Source of the DNA: an uncultured Alphaproteobacteria bacterium
Lineage (GTDB): Bacteria > Pseudomonadota > Alphaproteobacteria > CAAGCB01 > CAG-977
Assembly: GCA_944393745.1 (NCBI GenBank)
Contig: CALYBD010000001.1
Coordinates: 72,628 to 136,627, forward strand
Direction of reading: 5' to 3'
DNA length: 64,000 nt
The notes under the pieces were generated by a model. That model did not search any database. It saw nothing but the letters and a program-made list of their open reading frames with translations, and had not been told where the DNA came from. Made by a program: the position numbers and the translations under genes. This document shows, one piece after another, positions 18,898 to 28,535 of this stretch. Numbering within the stretch: position 1 is the first letter of the stretch; every line of letters begins with the position of its first letter.

Positions 18898-20754
18898 TCA
18901 GAGCGCGGACATCATAAAGTCGGTGACGCGTTGTGAAAAAGCGGCAGGGTCTTTGATCGGTTCGCCTTCGATGATTTTGGCTTGGTCAAACAAGACCTGA
19001 ACCAAAGCTTTGTTCGTGTCGCTTGTGTCTCCGACAGCGACTTTCGCGGCCAGCTTTTTGATCAGCGGGTGACGCGGGTTGATATCAAAGTAACGGTTGC
19101 TGACGTATAAAGACGGTTGATTGTGTTGGCGCATCAGGCGTTCCAGATGAATGGACGCTTCGCCGTCTCCGGTCGAAAGGGCGACGGGACTTTTGGTCAG
19201 GCGTTCCGTCGTGCGGACTTCCTTGACTTCGTCTCCGACAATTTCTTTCATAAACTTTGTCAAAGCGTCCAAATCCGCTTGAGGCGCTTTTTCCAGTTTG
19301 TCGGATTGATCCGTAATCAACAGTGTTTCCAATTCCTGCGCGCCGGCGTTGACCGATTTGATCGGCTTTTCTTTGTACTGCGTCAACCCCTGCGGCCAAA
19401 ATTCGTCAATCGGATCGGTTAAAAGCAGGACTTCGATTCCGCGGGCGGCAAAGCCTTCCAGCTGCGGATTGTTGCGCAGAACGCCCAAATCGTCGCCGGT
19501 AATGTAATAAATGCTCTTTTGACCGTCTTTCATGCGGGAAATATAATCCGCAAGCGTTGTCAGACCGTCGCCGTTCGTTGAATAAAAACGACACAGTTCG
19601 GCAACATCTTCACGATTGGTAAAGTCTTCAAAAATACCTTCTTTCAACACGGCGCCGAAAGCGTTCCAAAACGTCAGATAATCCTGTTCGTTTTCGGAAC
19701 GTTTTTTCAATTCGCCCAGAATACGACGAACAACGCCTGTTTTGATCTTTGCCAGAACGGGTGTCTTTTGCAGCATTTCGCGCGAAACGTTCAGCGGCAA
19801 TTCTTTGGTGTCGATTACGCCCTGGACAAAGCGCAGGTAATTCGGCAGCATGTCGGGTACCTGATCGGTGATGAAAACGCGGTTGATATACAGCTTGATC
19901 TGCGCGTTGCGGTTGGGCTGAAAAATGTCAAAAGGCGTTTTGGTCGGGATAAACATCAGGGCCGTGTATTCGATTGTCCCTTCGGCCTTGTAATGCAGAA
20001 TATCCCACGGATCGTCAAAAGCGTGCGAGATATGGCGGTAAAAATCTTTGTACTGCGCATCGGTGATGTCGGCTTTGTTGCGCGTCCACAAAGCGCTGGC
20101 CATGTTGATTGTTTCCGTTTCGCCCATGTAATGCATAATCACGGGAAAAGAAATATGATCGGAAAACTGGCGCACGATACGGCGGACTTCGGCGGCTTCG
20201 GCATATGAATAAGCGTCCGGCTTTAAATAAAGCGTGATTTTCGTGCCGCGGGAAACGTCTTTTTCTTCGGTAATCGTAAAGGATCCTTTGCCCGTTGACG
20301 TCCACAACCAGCCTTCTTCTTCGCCGGCTTTGCGGGAACGCACTTCGACTTTTTCCGCAACCATGAACGCCGAATAAAATCCGACGCCGAACTGGCCGAT
20401 AATCGTTGCGTCTTTTTGTTTGTCGCCGGTTAAGTTATTTAAAAATTCCGCCGATCCGGAACGCCCGATGGATCCCAGATCTTTGATTAAATCCTGTTTG
20501 TTCATGCCGATGCCGTTATCGGCAATCGTTAAAGTATGAGCGTCTTTGTCAGGGGTAATGTCAATTCTGAATTCGCCGTCCCCTTTGGCGATATCCGGCT
20601 TCATAATGGCTGCATAGCGCAGTTTATCGCAGGCGTCCGACGCGTTTGAAACCAATTCCCTTAAAAAAATGTCCGTATCCGAATAAAGCGCATTGACAAC
20701 AATATCTAAAATTTTGCCGACTTCGGCTTGAAATTGCATTTTTTCTTCCGACAT
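18898..20754 (-). CDS. htpG: Molecular chaperone HtpG (Hsp90)
   Basis: N-terminal FQAEVxxxLDIVxNxLYSxxxIFLRELxSNASDA Bergerat fold. About 618 aa. Confidence 0.92.
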   Translation of the reverse strand: MSEEKMQFQAEVGKILDIVVNALYSDTDIFLRELVSNASDACDKLRYAAIMKPDIAKGDGEFRIDITPDKDAHTLTIADNGIGMNKQDLIKDLGSIGRSGSAEFLNNLTGDKQKDATIIGQFGVGFYSAFMVAEKVEVRSRKAGEEEGWLWTSTGKGSFTITEEKDVSRGTKITLYLKPDAYSYAEAAEVRRIVRQFSDHISFPVIMHYMGETETINMASALWTRNKADITDAQYKDFYRHISHAFDDPWDILHYKAEGTIEYTALMFIPTKTPFDIFQPNRNAQIKLYINRVFITDQVPDMLPNYLRFVQGVIDTKELPLNVSREMLQKTPVLAKIKTGVVRRILGELKKRSENEQDYLTFWNAFGAVLKEGIFEDFTNREDVAELCRFYSTNGDGLTTLADYISRMKDGQKSIYYITGDDLGVLRNNPQLEGFAARGIEVLLLTDPIDEFWPQGLTQYKEKPIKSVNAGAQELETLLITDQSDKLEKAPQADLDALTKFMKEIVGDEVKEVRTTERLTKSPVALSTGDGEASIHLERLMRQHNQPSLYVSNRYFDINPRHPLIKKLAAKVAVGDTSDTNKALVQVLFDQAKIIEGEPIKDPAAFSQRVTDFMMSAL

Positions 20755-20786
20755 TATAACCTCCCAGTTAACAAACGTGCTTTAAT

Positions 20787-20814
20787 TAAGTGCAATAACG
20801 GCAAATTTCAACCC
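20787..20814 (-). promoter_or_regulatory. Candidate RpoH (sigma32)-type promoter for htpG
   Basis: Minus strand reads gTTGAAA-N18-CTTAATT, resembling the alphaproteobacterial RpoH consensus CTTG-N17-18-CYTATNT. A GGAGG RBS lies 7 nt before the ATG. Confidence 0.35.
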
Positions 20815-20836
20815 TTTATATGGAAGTTTTTTAAAA

Positions 20837-23362
20837 ATGGAACGAATTTTAACAGCACTGCTCGGCCCGACGAACACGGGAAAAACTTACTTAGCCGTTG
20901 AAAAAATGTTAACGCATAAATCAGGCATGATCGGTTTTCCTTTACGCTTGCTGGCGCGCGAAAATTACGACAAAATTGTGCGGTTGAAAGGTGTTGAAAA
21001 CGTTGCCCTGATCACGGGCGAAGAAAAAATTATGCCAAAAAAGCCGTCTTATTTCGTCTGCACGGTTGAAGCGATGCCTTTGGATCACCCGGTTGATTTT
21101 CTGGCGGTTGACGAAATCCAAATGGCGGCCGACGTTGAACGCGGGCATATTTTTACAGACCGCCTGCTGCATGCGCGCGGTATGCGTGAAACCATGTTTC
21201 TGGGCGCGGAAACGATCAAGCCTTTGTTAAAACAGCTGATCCCGGAAACAGAAATCGAAACGCGCCCCCGGTTTTCAAAATTAAGCTATACGGGAGTAAA
21301 GAAAATCACGCGGCTGCCCGCGCGTTCGGCCATTATCGGATTTTCGGTGCAGGACGTGTATGCTCTGGCCGAACTGATCCGCCGGCAAAAAGGCGGCGCG
21401 GCCGTCGTTATGGGTGCGCTCAGCCCGCGGACCAGAAACGCGCAGGTCGATATGTTTCAGTCCGGCGAAGTCGATTATCTGGTCGCGACCGACGCGATCG
21501 GCATGGGACTGAATATGGATATTTCCCATGTCTGCTTTACGTCTTTGCGCAAATTCGACGGGCAGAAAATGCGCGCTTTGTCCGCCGCGGAACTGGCGCA
21601 GATTGCCGGACGCGCCGGCCGGTATATGAAGGACGGCACATTCGGCGCGGCGGCGGAAGCGTCCGCTTTGACGCAAGACGTGATTGACAGAATTGAAGAA
21701 CACCGGTTTGAACCTTTATCCCATCTGTTCTGGCGCAATCCCGATTTAAAAACAACGTCTTTGGACGCGTTGATTTACAGCCTGAATGTCCGTCCGACTT
21801 TGCCCGGTCTGATCGGTGCGCGCAAGGCAGAAGATCAACAGGCTTTGGAAATTCTGGCGCGGGATACGGGAATTTCCCGGCTGGCCAACCATGCTTCGCG
21901 CGTCAGACTGCTGTGGGAAATCTGTCAGATTCCCGATTTTCGCAAGATCACCCCCGAAGCCCACGCCCGGCTGTTGGCGCAGATTTACCGTCTGATTTTG
22001 GATAAAGGCAAATTGCCGCAGGATTGGTTTGAAAAACAAGTGAAAATGCTGGACAATACCAACGGAGATATTGATGTTGTTACGGGACGTATTGCAGGAA
22101 TCAGAATTTGGACGTATATTGCGCAAAGAAAAGAATGGATCGACCGGTCTGAATACTGGCGGGACATGACAAAAGCCGTTGAGGACAAATTGTCCGATGC
22201 TTTGCATCAAAAGCTGGCGCAGCGGTTTGTGGATAGGCGTACATCTGTTTTGGTAAAAGGTATGAAAACACAGGTAGAATTATATACGAAAATCGAAGAA
22301 GACGGCTCGGTTGAAGTCGAAGGGCAATCTGTCGGAAAAATGGAGGGGCTGCGTTTTGTGCCGATTACGGGCGCCGGGAAATTTGCGGATCGTGTTTTGA
22401 TTTCCGCGGCGGAAAAGGCTTTGCAGGCTGAATTTCAAAACAGGATTACGGCGATTCTGAATGCTGCCGAAGACGACTTTACGCTGGAAAACAATGCGCA
22501 GATTTTATGGAAGAAACAACCGCTGGGCAAAGTTGTCAAAGGACGCGATATTTTGCACCCGACTGTTGCCTTGTCCGTGCATGAATCGGTTGATCAGACA
22601 TACATTGATCAAATAAAAACCCGTTTAAACGGCTGGTTGGAAGTATACTTAGCCAACAAAATCGCCCCGTTATTTACGGCTTTGCGCACATTGGACGAAG
22701 AAAACGCTTCCGGTTCCGCCCGCGGTATTTTATGGCAGGTTGCCGAACAGCTGGGAACGATGCCGCGCGAAAAGGTATTTGATTTAATCAAAGGTCTGAA
22801 CGAAGCGGATAAAAAAGTACTGGCAAAAGCCGGCATGCGGCTGGGACATGATTATTTGTTTTTTCCGATGCTGTTAAAACCCGCGGCTCAGCGTGTTTGC
22901 GCGATTTTATGGAAAGTCTGGTTTGAACGAACGCAGTATGCGACAGGATTTGCGATTGACGGCAAGATGTCGTTTGCCGTTGAACACGGTGTGCCGCGCG
23001 CTTTGTATTTGGTACAGGGATATGCCATGGCCGGAACACGGGCAATCCGTGTCGACGTGATGGAACGCTTTACGGCAAAGTTGCGTGAAATCACACGGCA
23101 GGACAAAGGAAAACCGCAGGTTTTGCCGTTGGATCTGTTATCGATTGCCGGACTGAAACGTGATGAAGCCGAAGACGTTTTCGGCTATTTGGGATTTAAA
23201 GTCACGAAGGAAACGCAAACGACTACTGTCGGTGAAGAAACCAAAGAAACCGAAATTTTGATGATCCAACCGAAATTTAAAAAACGCAAGGCCCCTGTCA
23301 AAGCCGAACCGGTCGACATGACGTCTCCTTTTGCGGCGCTGGCGTCTTTGAAAAAGAAATGA
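20837..23362 (+). CDS. Suv3-like SF2 ATP-dependent helicase (alphaproteobacterial helicase-related protein)
   Basis: Walker A LGPTNTGKTY and Walker B/DExH-like VDEIQM. About 840 aa. N-terminal organisation resembles Suv3-type helicases. Confidence 0.6.
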   Translation: MERILTALLGPTNTGKTYLAVEKMLTHKSGMIGFPLRLLARENYDKIVRLKGVENVALITGEEKIMPKKPSYFVCTVEAMPLDHPVDFLAVDEIQMAADVERGHIFTDRLLHARGMRETMFLGAETIKPLLKQLIPETEIETRPRFSKLSYTGVKKITRLPARSAIIGFSVQDVYALAELIRRQKGGAAVVMGALSPRTRNAQVDMFQSGEVDYLVATDAIGMGLNMDISHVCFTSLRKFDGQKMRALSAAELAQIAGRAGRYMKDGTFGAAAEASALTQDVIDRIEEHRFEPLSHLFWRNPDLKTTSLDALIYSLNVRPTLPGLIGARKAEDQQALEILARDTGISRLANHASRVRLLWEICQIPDFRKITPEAHARLLAQIYRLILDKGKLPQDWFEKQVKMLDNTNGDIDVVTGRIAGIRIWTYIAQRKEWIDRSEYWRDMTKAVEDKLSDALHQKLAQRFVDRRTSVLVKGMKTQVELYTKIEEDGSVEVEGQSVGKMEGLRFVPITGAGKFADRVLISAAEKALQAEFQNRITAILNAAEDDFTLENNAQILWKKQPLGKVVKGRDILHPTVALSVHESVDQTYIDQIKTRLNGWLEVYLANKIAPLFTALRTLDEENASGSARGILWQVAEQLGTMPREKVFDLIKGLNEADKKVLAKAGMRLGHDYLFFPMLLKPAAQRVCAILWKVWFERTQYATGFAIDGKMSFAVEHGVPRALYLVQGYAMAGTRAIRVDVMERFTAKLREITRQDKGKPQVLPLDLLSIAGLKRDEAEDVFGYLGFKVTKETQTTTVGEETKETEILMIQPKFKKRKAPVKAEPVDMTSPFAALASLKKK

Positions 23363-23733
23363 GCGTTTCTCAACGTATTGACAAGTGGCTTTATTTTACG
23401 CGTTTTGCCAAAACCCGTGCGACGGCGCAGAAAATGATTGAAGGCGGACACGTTGCCGTAAACGGCGAAAAAGTCCTGAAATGCAGTCGGGAAATTAAAA
23501 TCGGTGATGAATTAAACATTCTGCGCGGTACGGTACGGTTTTACATACGCGTAACAGGTTTTGTTGAAAAAAGAGTCGGGGCACCCGTTGCGCGGACGGC
23601 GTATGAACAAATCCGGGATCCCGAAAATCTGGCACCGCCGCCGAAAAAAGCGTTTGAATCCCGCACGACCGGATCGGGACGCCCGACAAAACGCGACCGT
23701 CGCGCGATTAACCGGCTGAAGGGGAAATTTTAA
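23359..23733 (+). CDS. hslR: Ribosome-associated heat shock protein Hsp15 (S4 domain)
   Basis: S4 RNA-binding motif RIDKWLYFTRFAKTRATAQKMIEGGHVAVNG. 4-bp overlap with the helicase stop. Confidence 0.8.
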   Translation: MSVSQRIDKWLYFTRFAKTRATAQKMIEGGHVAVNGEKVLKCSREIKIGDELNILRGTVRFYIRVTGFVEKRVGAPVARTAYEQIRDPENLAPPPKKAFESRTTGSGRPTKRDRRAINRLKGKF

Positions 23734-23795
23734 TCGGCCGAATTTTTAATTTGTTTTTTTTTAAGCATAACTTTTTTACCCGATCGGTTGGCAAC

Positions 23796-24389
23796 ATGAA
23801 CAAAGATTTTTTAAAATTGGCGCGTCAAAATCAAAAAAAAGCGTTTGAAATTATTCAAATATTGAACATTTATCCCGCCTGGGAATCCGTCGGCGGGCAA
23901 GTCAATCTGATCGGATCATTGCAAACGGGACTATTGATGAAACATCTGGATATCGATTTTCATGTCTATACGCCTCAATTAAAATTATCCGACAGCTTTT
24001 ATGCCATTGAAAAAATCGCCGAACATTCCGGCGTTCAAAAAATCGAATACGCCAACTTGCTGACCGATCGGGACGCCTGTTTGGAATGGCATCTTTATTA
24101 CAATGATTCGGCCGGCAATACCTGGCAGATTGATATGATGCACATTGTCAAAGGATCGTATTTTGACGGATTTTTTGAAAACATTGCCGCACAAATCAAT
24201 CGCAAAGCGACACAACAACAAAAAGAAACCATTCTGCGTTTGAAATACGAAACGCCCGATCATGAAAAAATCGCCGGTATCGAATACTGCCGCGCCGTTT
24301 TACAAGACGGTATATCGACCTATCCGGAATTTATCAAATGGCGTGAAAAAAATGTCTTTAACGGTATTTGGGAATGGCAACCGGAATAA
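23796..24389 (+). CDS. Nucleotidyltransferase-fold protein of unknown function
   Basis: A GS...hxLDIDF arrangement (IGSLQTGLLMKHLDIDF) is typical of the pol-beta-like NTase fold. Start chosen at MNKDFL. Confidence 0.45.
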   Translation: MNKDFLKLARQNQKKAFEIIQILNIYPAWESVGGQVNLIGSLQTGLLMKHLDIDFHVYTPQLKLSDSFYAIEKIAEHSGVQKIEYANLLTDRDACLEWHLYYNDSAGNTWQIDMMHIVKGSYFDGFFENIAAQINRKATQQQKETILRLKYETPDHEKIAGIEYCRAVLQDGISTYPEFIKWREKNVFNGIWEWQPE

Positions 24390-24643
24390 CTTAAATATCT
24401 CCTTTGGCCATTTGTTTGTATAAAAATCCGATTCCGTATTTTGGCAATAAAAAATAATAAGATAAATAACAGTGTTTTTTGATTAAAAAAAAAACACAAC
24501 TTTCATATCGGAAAGCCGCGTCAATTTAACACTTAAAAATTGTACTTCCACAAAATCACCTTTTTGCCACATTTTCGCCATAATTATTAACAAAGGGAGG
24601 TGCCGTTTTTGTTTTTTCGTTTATTTTCAACATATTATCCATG

Positions 24644-24652
24644 CCCCCCCCC
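24644..24652. repeat. Homopolymeric poly-C tract (9 nt) followed 6 nt later by T8, about 90 bp upstream of the secreted-protein gene
   Basis: Sequence reads catgCCCCCCCCCtgtatgTTTTTTTT. Direct observation. Confidence 0.9.
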
Positions 24653-24739
24653 TGTATGTTTTTTTTATCATAATTTTGCCACAATTTAATCGTATTATTA
24701 AAAGTGGAAAATATGGAAATATCATAGGAGGTCCAAACC

Positions 24740-25957
24740 ATGAAAAAAATTTTCCTTCTGGCAGCAGCGGCAGGGATATTCCCCCTGTGTACTGCTCACG
24801 CTGCAGTAACACAGACAACGATGAAAAACTCTGCTGCGGCAAACCTCAGCATAGTCAACACCGGTGGTAATGGCGGCAGCACAAGCAGAAGTGCCCCTTC
24901 TGTTACGTACTCTGCGAACGTTACTAATGTTAACTCCGGTGCCACAAGCACTTCTACGTCAAAACAGCCGACGTATAACACAAGCACGTCGACGGGAAAT
25001 TTCACATTAACCTCGAACACCAGTTCCAGTAAGCTTAATACCCTTACGCCGACCGAATGGCAAACTGTAAAAGTTTCGGATCTGAGCAATGAACAGGTTT
25101 CCGGGTTATCCGGTTCGGCTATTTTAAAAATGCCCACGACATCACAGGTATCTTTGGTACAAAGAGAACCTGCAGTCATTACAAAACTGGAACCGTCTCA
25201 ACAGCTGACCCTGGTAAAGGATCAATTAAATGATTCCTCTGCCAACAAAGTAACGCTGACACCGCAGATTGTTCTGGATCGGTCTCCGAACTTGCAGATC
25301 GTAGGAACAATCGCCAAAAAAATTCCCTGTGTCGAATTTGATGCCGAAATTGTTGAAGCGCCTGAATTTCAGGTAAAATATGAACTCGACAATAACGGGC
25401 TGAAAATGGCGACTTTGACAGAGGCGGAATTTAAACCTTTTATTTCTGTAGAAAAATACCCGCAACTGTATAAAATAACGGATTGGGACCCTGAAACCGA
25501 AGTCATTAATCCGTTGACAAACAGAGTGGCATATTGCACCAGATATTCCAACAAATGCAGATTAGACACAACTCTGATCAAAAACTATATTACAAACAGA
25601 AAAATCCGCAAACTGAAACTGTGTGATAACAACTTAAAAGTGCTTCCCATTATTGATATGAAGTGCGTAGGTGTAAAATGCGGAAAAGGACAAGAATGTG
25701 TCAATGGTTGCTGTGAATATCAAGAAACAACGACAGCGAACGTAACGTTAAGACCTGCTCTGCAGTCTAAGTATGAAATCAAAGGTGTAGAGCTGATTGC
25801 CAAACCCGTAGCTTTGAAAGACGAAACAGCTAAACTGTTTCTTGATAATCCTGCCGTTGAAAAAGAGGTACTTGATTCAAAAGTCCTGATGGAAAAGGCG
25901 ACAAACACCGTACAAGGCCGTCTGCAGGCTTTAAAACCCATGATGATGGCGCAATAG
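24740..25957 (+). CDS. Secreted Ser/Thr/Asn-rich protein with C-terminal Cys-containing domain; paralogous to downstream gene
   Basis: Signal peptide MKKIFLLAAAAGIFPLCTAHA. Strong AGGAGG RBS. Low-complexity S/T region. A Cys motif KCGKGQECVNGCC is shared with the next protein. Confidence 0.6.
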   Translation: MKKIFLLAAAAGIFPLCTAHAAVTQTTMKNSAAANLSIVNTGGNGGSTSRSAPSVTYSANVTNVNSGATSTSTSKQPTYNTSTSTGNFTLTSNTSSSKLNTLTPTEWQTVKVSDLSNEQVSGLSGSAILKMPTTSQVSLVQREPAVITKLEPSQQLTLVKDQLNDSSANKVTLTPQIVLDRSPNLQIVGTIAKKIPCVEFDAEIVEAPEFQVKYELDNNGLKMATLTEAEFKPFISVEKYPQLYKITDWDPETEVINPLTNRVAYCTRYSNKCRLDTTLIKNYITNRKIRKLKLCDNNLKVLPIIDMKCVGVKCGKGQECVNGCCEYQETTTANVTLRPALQSKYEIKGVELIAKPVALKDETAKLFLDNPAVEKEVLDSKVLMEKATNTVQGRLQALKPMMMAQ

Positions 25958-25991
25958 TTTGGCAAACCTAATGATTTAAAGGAGAAATCTT

Positions 25992-27140
25992 ATGAAAAAA
26001 CTGTTTGTGTTTTTTACGGTTGCCTGGTTTGCCGCAAGCTCTGTTCAGGCTGTGGAAACTTCCGGCACATTTTCAGATGATACGATTACGCTTGCCTCTG
26101 CGATAAAAATCGGAAAAGGCGGAATTGTTTCAAGTTCGCAATATATTCCCGGAGTAAGCAACGGCTTTCCCGGCGGTGGCGGCGGTGGCGGCGGTGGCGG
26201 CGGTAATGATGTCGATCTGGCCGTCTGTTCAACCGACAACGATTGCGAATACAATGAAAAATGTTCTGCCGATCACGCCTGTGTTCCTGTTTGTACACCG
26301 AACAGCTGCAGCAAAGGACAGATGTGCGTTAATACCGCAGCTCATGTCGGCAAGTGCGGTCTGGCCTGCGATTTCGTTACCTGTGAAAACGGCCTGAAAT
26401 GTGTCAACGAAGGCAGCAGCGCGAAATGTGTAAGATGTATTACGGACAGCGATTGCGGTAGTAACGGCGTATGCACGGCGAACAATATCTGCCTTTATAA
26501 AGTCATCAACTTGTGCAGCAATAAGAACTGCGACAAAGGACATCGTTGCTTCCTCGGACGGTGCGAACCGTATCCGCTCGGATCCACGGAAGACCCGCAG
26601 TGTTCCAGCACACAGGTTGCCGATGGTTCTGGCGGCTGCATAAATCCGTGCGAAGGCGTCGTCTGCCCGCGCGGAAAGATCTGCACCGTTTCCAGAAGCA
26701 ATTCCAAAGGAAAAGCCTGCTGTGGTGACTGTACACTCAAAGCCGTTAACCTGGGAAGCCTGAAGACAATTAATTCGCAGTTAAAACTTTCAACAGCAAC
26801 GCCGTTGAAGTGGCACCCGCAATTAAATGTCTGTCTGCCGCAAATCGCTTATCCGGCGTTTAAGGCCGAAGACTTCGTCATCGCTAAAAAACCGCTTCCG
26901 TATACGGGATTGGTCAGAGCTGTTGAATTGGATACCAATCTGACAGACAGAACGATTACCGGGTTGATTAAAGCAACACCTGTAGAATTCAAGCCTGACA
27001 ACACTTTGTCAGTTAAAAAGGCTGTGGAATTGCGTTCGGATCCCGTGATTGTAAAAGCGATCACCAATCCTAAGGCTACAACACTGACTGTTGAAAAAAC
27101 GACGGTTAACTCTTCACCGATACTGACTCAACTGAAGTAA
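25992..27140 (+). CDS. Secreted protein with Gly11 tract and about 8 tandem 3-Cys modules (Cys-rich repeat extracellular domain)
   Basis: Signal peptide MKKLFVFFTVAWFAASSVQA. Repeating CxxDxDC...C...C units of about 22-25 aa. The C-terminal non-Cys domain resembles the previous protein. Confidence 0.6.
   Translation: MKKLFVFFTVAWFAASSVQAVETSGTFSDDTITLASAIKIGKGGIVSSSQYIPGVSNGFPGGGGGGGGGGGNDVDLAVCSTDNDCEYNEKCSADHACVPVCTPNSCSKGQMCVNTAAHVGKCGLACDFVTCENGLKCVNEGSSAKCVRCITDSDCGSNGVCTANNICLYKVINLCSNKNCDKGHRCFLGRCEPYPLGSTEDPQCSSTQVADGSGGCINPCEGVVCPRGKICTVSRSNSKGKACCGDCTLKAVNLGSLKTINSQLKLSTATPLKWHPQLNVCLPQIAYPAFKAEDFVIAKKPLPYTGLVRAVELDTNLTDRTITGLIKATPVEFKPDNTLSVKKAVELRSDPVIVKAITNPKATTLTVEKTTVNSSPILTQLK
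26172..26204 (+). repeat. In-frame (GGC GGT GGC)n trinucleotide/9-mer repeat encoding Gly11
   Basis: ggcggtggc repeated about 3.7 times inside CDS 25992-27140. Confidence 0.9.
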
Positions 27141-27158
27141 TCCCGGTCTAACCTAAGG

Positions 27159-27187
27159 AAAAGCCCCCGGCAACGGGGGCTTTTTTT
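27159..27187 (+). terminator. Intrinsic terminator after the secreted-protein gene pair
   Basis: aaaagcccccggcaacgggggcttttttt. Confidence 0.7.
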
Positions 27188-27374
27188 ATACCATGAAAAT
27201 CCGTGTCGCTTAACTGCGGCTGTGTGTCTTTCTTGTAAACAAAAGACTTTTTTGTGCGACAGAAACGTCGTTTCAATCTTGCAAAACTTCCGAAACCATT
27301 GACGAATAAAAGCAACACAAAACATTGTTCTGCCCTGCGTTATATACGAGGAAGTTTTTTAAAACGACAACCGT

Positions 27375-28535
27375 CTAATCATCGTAGGCGCCGCGCCGTC
27401 CGATCTGAACATCGCGGTTAACATTGACGCATTCAATCAAACCGAACGAAAACATCAATGTCAGCATAACCGTCCCGCCGTAGGAAATCATCGGCAAAGG
27501 CACGCCGACAACAGGCAGCAGTCCCATCACCATGGCAATATTGATAAAAACATACAAAAACAAATTCGTCGTTAACCCCAAAGCCAGCAAACGACCAAAA
27601 AAGCTGGTGGATCTGAAGGCAATCACATAACCGTAAAAAATCAATGCCAAATACAACAATAACAAAGATACCGATCCGATCAGGCCGAATTCTTCGGCTA
27701 AAACGGTAAAAATAAAATCCGTATGCTTTTCCGGCAAAAAATTCAGCCGGCTTTGTGTCCCCTGCAAAAATCCTTTCCCGAAAACACCGCCCGATCCCAA
27801 CGTAATCTTGGATTGCAGAATATGATATCCTTTACCCAACGGATCACGTTCCGGATCCAAAAAGGTAAAAACGCGTTCTTTTTGATAATCATGCAGGAAT
27901 CGCCAGGCAATCGGAATGGAAATCAATCCGGCCACCCCCAGTGCGGCAAATTTCCACATCTGAACACCGACCAAAAAGAACAATGTCAAAGACCCCGCCC
28001 CCATTAAAACCGCCGTTCCCAAATCAGGTTGCTTTAAAACCAACGCGACCGGAATTAAAACCATAAATGACGGAATGACAATGGCCGACATACTCATCAT
28101 TTCCTGCAAAGAACTGCCGTGAAAATACCGGGAAAGCGCCAAAATCAACGCTATTTTCATCAATTCGGACGGCTGTATCCGAATAAATCCTAAATTCAGC
28201 CAACGCTGCGCCCCCATGGCATCATGACCGAAATATTCCACAAAAAACAATAAAGCCACCGCACCGATATAAAAAATATACGCATATTTCAGCCAGAAGC
28301 GCAGATCAATCATGGCAACAACGAACAATACCGCGCAGCCCATCCAGAAACGATAAAATTGCCGGCTGGCCCAGGGTTCCCAATTTCCGTTCGCCGCAGC
28401 ATACAAAACGACAAAACCGGAAGCCGCAACTAAAAAAATCAAAAAAATGTAACACCAGCTGAGGTTTAAAAAACGTTCCTTCAGCGTCAGATTCGGATCA
28501 CGCAGTCTGAAAGGCGAAAAATCAGATGTTATCAT
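27375..28535 (-). CDS. mrdB: Rod shape-determining protein RodA (SEDS family)
   Basis: FtsW/RodA/SpoVE family polytopic membrane protein. Final gene of the mreBCD-mrdA operon. Confidence 0.88.
   Translation of the reverse strand: MITSDFSPFRLRDPNLTLKERFLNLSWCYIFLIFLVAASGFVVLYAAANGNWEPWASRQFYRFWMGCAVLFVVAMIDLRFWLKYAYIFYIGAVALLFFVEYFGHDAMGAQRWLNLGFIRIQPSELMKIALILALSRYFHGSSLQEMMSMSAIVIPSFMVLIPVALVLKQPDLGTAVLMGAGSLTLFFLVGVQMWKFAALGVAGLISIPIAWRFLHDYQKERVFTFLDPERDPLGKGYHILQSKITLGSGGVFGKGFLQGTQSRLNFLPEKHTDFIFTVLAEEFGLIGSVSLLLLYLALIFYGYVIAFRSTSFFGRLLALGLTTNLFLYVFINIAMVMGLLPVVGVPLPMISYGGTVMLTLMFSFGLIECVNVNRDVQIGRRGAYDD

Noticed and set aside
21281-22210. Several 70-154 aa minus-strand ORFs inside the helicase gene
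   Set aside because: Antisense to a well-supported 841-aa helicase ORF, with no independent evidence.
26161-26210. Gly11 tract as a possible frameshift or low-quality region
   Set aside because: It is in frame and flanked by continuous coding sequence with a conserved downstream Cys-repeat domain. I interpret it as a genuine linker repeat.
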